A DNA stretch of 64,000 nucleotides from Chrysemys picta bellii (lineage: Eukaryota): assembly GCF_011386835.1 (NCBI RefSeq), contig NC_088805.1, positions 27,094,001-27,158,000 on the forward strand. The letters run 5' to 3'. The number at the start of each line of letters is the position of its first letter. The stretch's first letter is position 1. Positions 63,190 through 64,000 of this stretch are shown here, one piece after another. Made by a program: the position numbers and the translations under genes. A model generated the notes under the pieces. It made no database searches and was not told where the DNA came from. It saw nothing but the letters and a program-made list of their open reading frames with translations.

Positions 63190-63410
63190 GTTACCTGACC
63201 TCCTGCCCCAGTTACCCGTTGTCGTTCCCCCCTCCTCCTTCTTCTTCTCCCCAAGAGTTTTTCTCCTAGTTACCAGGCCCTTGGTAACGGTTGCTAGGGC
63301 AGAGTGGAACCCTTACTTCCGGTCACGTGGCGTACATGACGACTGGCGTACAGGAACGGGCCATTGCGCTCCAAGCCGGGGAGGAGAGGAGGCGGCGCAT
63401 GCGCAGCTTG
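63190..63410 (-). promoter_or_regulatory. CpG-rich IFT81 promoter with X-box-like (RFX), ETS, E-box and NRF1 motifs
   Basis: GTTACCA-N6-TGGTAAC inverted repeat 63269-63288; GTTGCTAGGGCAG 63290-63302; ACTTCCGG 63315-63322 overlapping GTCACGTGG 63322-63330; GCGCATGCGCA 63395-63405; high CpG density relative to the rest of the window. Confidence 0.75.
63195..63290 (-). other. IFT81: Putative non-coding exon 1 of IFT81
   Basis: Donor CAG|GTAACG at 63194-63193 inside the CpG-rich region, just downstream of the promoter motifs; no upstream ATG seen; TSS not determinable from sequence. Confidence 0.7.
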
Positions 63411-64000
63411 CGGCAGTGAAGGGCGCTGGGGTGGTCTCTGCTTCCCCACAGGTGCAAGGGGAGGGAGTGGGAGTTCATCCAGGGGAGCTCTAGGGTTACT
63501 TCCAGAACTTTCCCTACACCACAGTCAGTGCCCATTTCTGTTGGGGCGTATCAATAACTCGATCTCCTACTGAGCCCTTTTCATCAGGAGGTAACAAATT
63601 GCTTTCCAAGAATTATTCAATTAAGTCTCTAGGCCCAAATAATTCTCTCATTTGACAAAGGAGTAAAATGAGGAAAGGAGAATGTTTGTTTCGGTTTTCT
63701 TTTTAATTTGGACCTGATTACCCTAGTATCTGAATATCCATAATTGCTAACAAATAAATATGAATCTCATTGGAGAAAATAACTGTGTAACCCATTTCAG
63801 GCAGGTGGGTGCATATACCAGTCTTTGCAATGTTAGCATCTCTGGAATTCCAAAATGATTCCAGTTGTATTAAAAAATAAATAGCTTGCTATCTGTTAAT
63901 CATCCCCTTCTAATGTTTATTCTTTTTCAAAATCAGGGTGCATAAACTGATTTGCAAATGTAAAGAATTTAACTTTGTATTTCTTATTTTATTTTCTGAT

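Noticed and set aside
62598-63573. 223-aa plus-strand ORF and other ORFs over the promoter region
   Set aside because: GC-rich CpG-island sequence depleted of stop codons, partly built from the 50-bp repeat; no recognisable protein.

Overview
Vertebrate genomic DNA, most likely a turtle (inferred from a tortoise-type tRNA/CR1-tailed SINE and the CR1, DIRS, Penelope-like and PIF/Harbinger-type repeat mix). The window holds one complete protein-coding gene, IFT81 (intraflagellar transport 81), on the minus strand. I traced a putative non-coding exon 1 (donor at 63194-63193) and 18 coding exons from ATG 62012 to TGA 1378. All introns are GT-AG, phases are consistent, and the exons sum to 2031 nt (676 aa plus stop). 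A CpG-rich promoter with RFX X-box-like, ETS, E-box and NRF1 motifs lies at about 63190-63410. The introns are dense with transposon relics: a near-full-length, decayed DIRS1-type tyrosine-recombinase retrotransposon (about 23029-29053) with ITRs, ICR and a nested SINE; two inverted Penelope-like insertions, one with an intact-core minimal hammerhead ribozyme motif in IFT81 sense orientation (51004-51043); a probable solo LTR; CR1, L1-like and L2-like fragments; MIR-like SINEs; and many MITEs. Almost all other ORFs in the supplied track look spurious or are transposon remnants. I found no clearly new gene system; the best leads are RNA-structural and splicing-related. All homology calls are from recall, not database searches.
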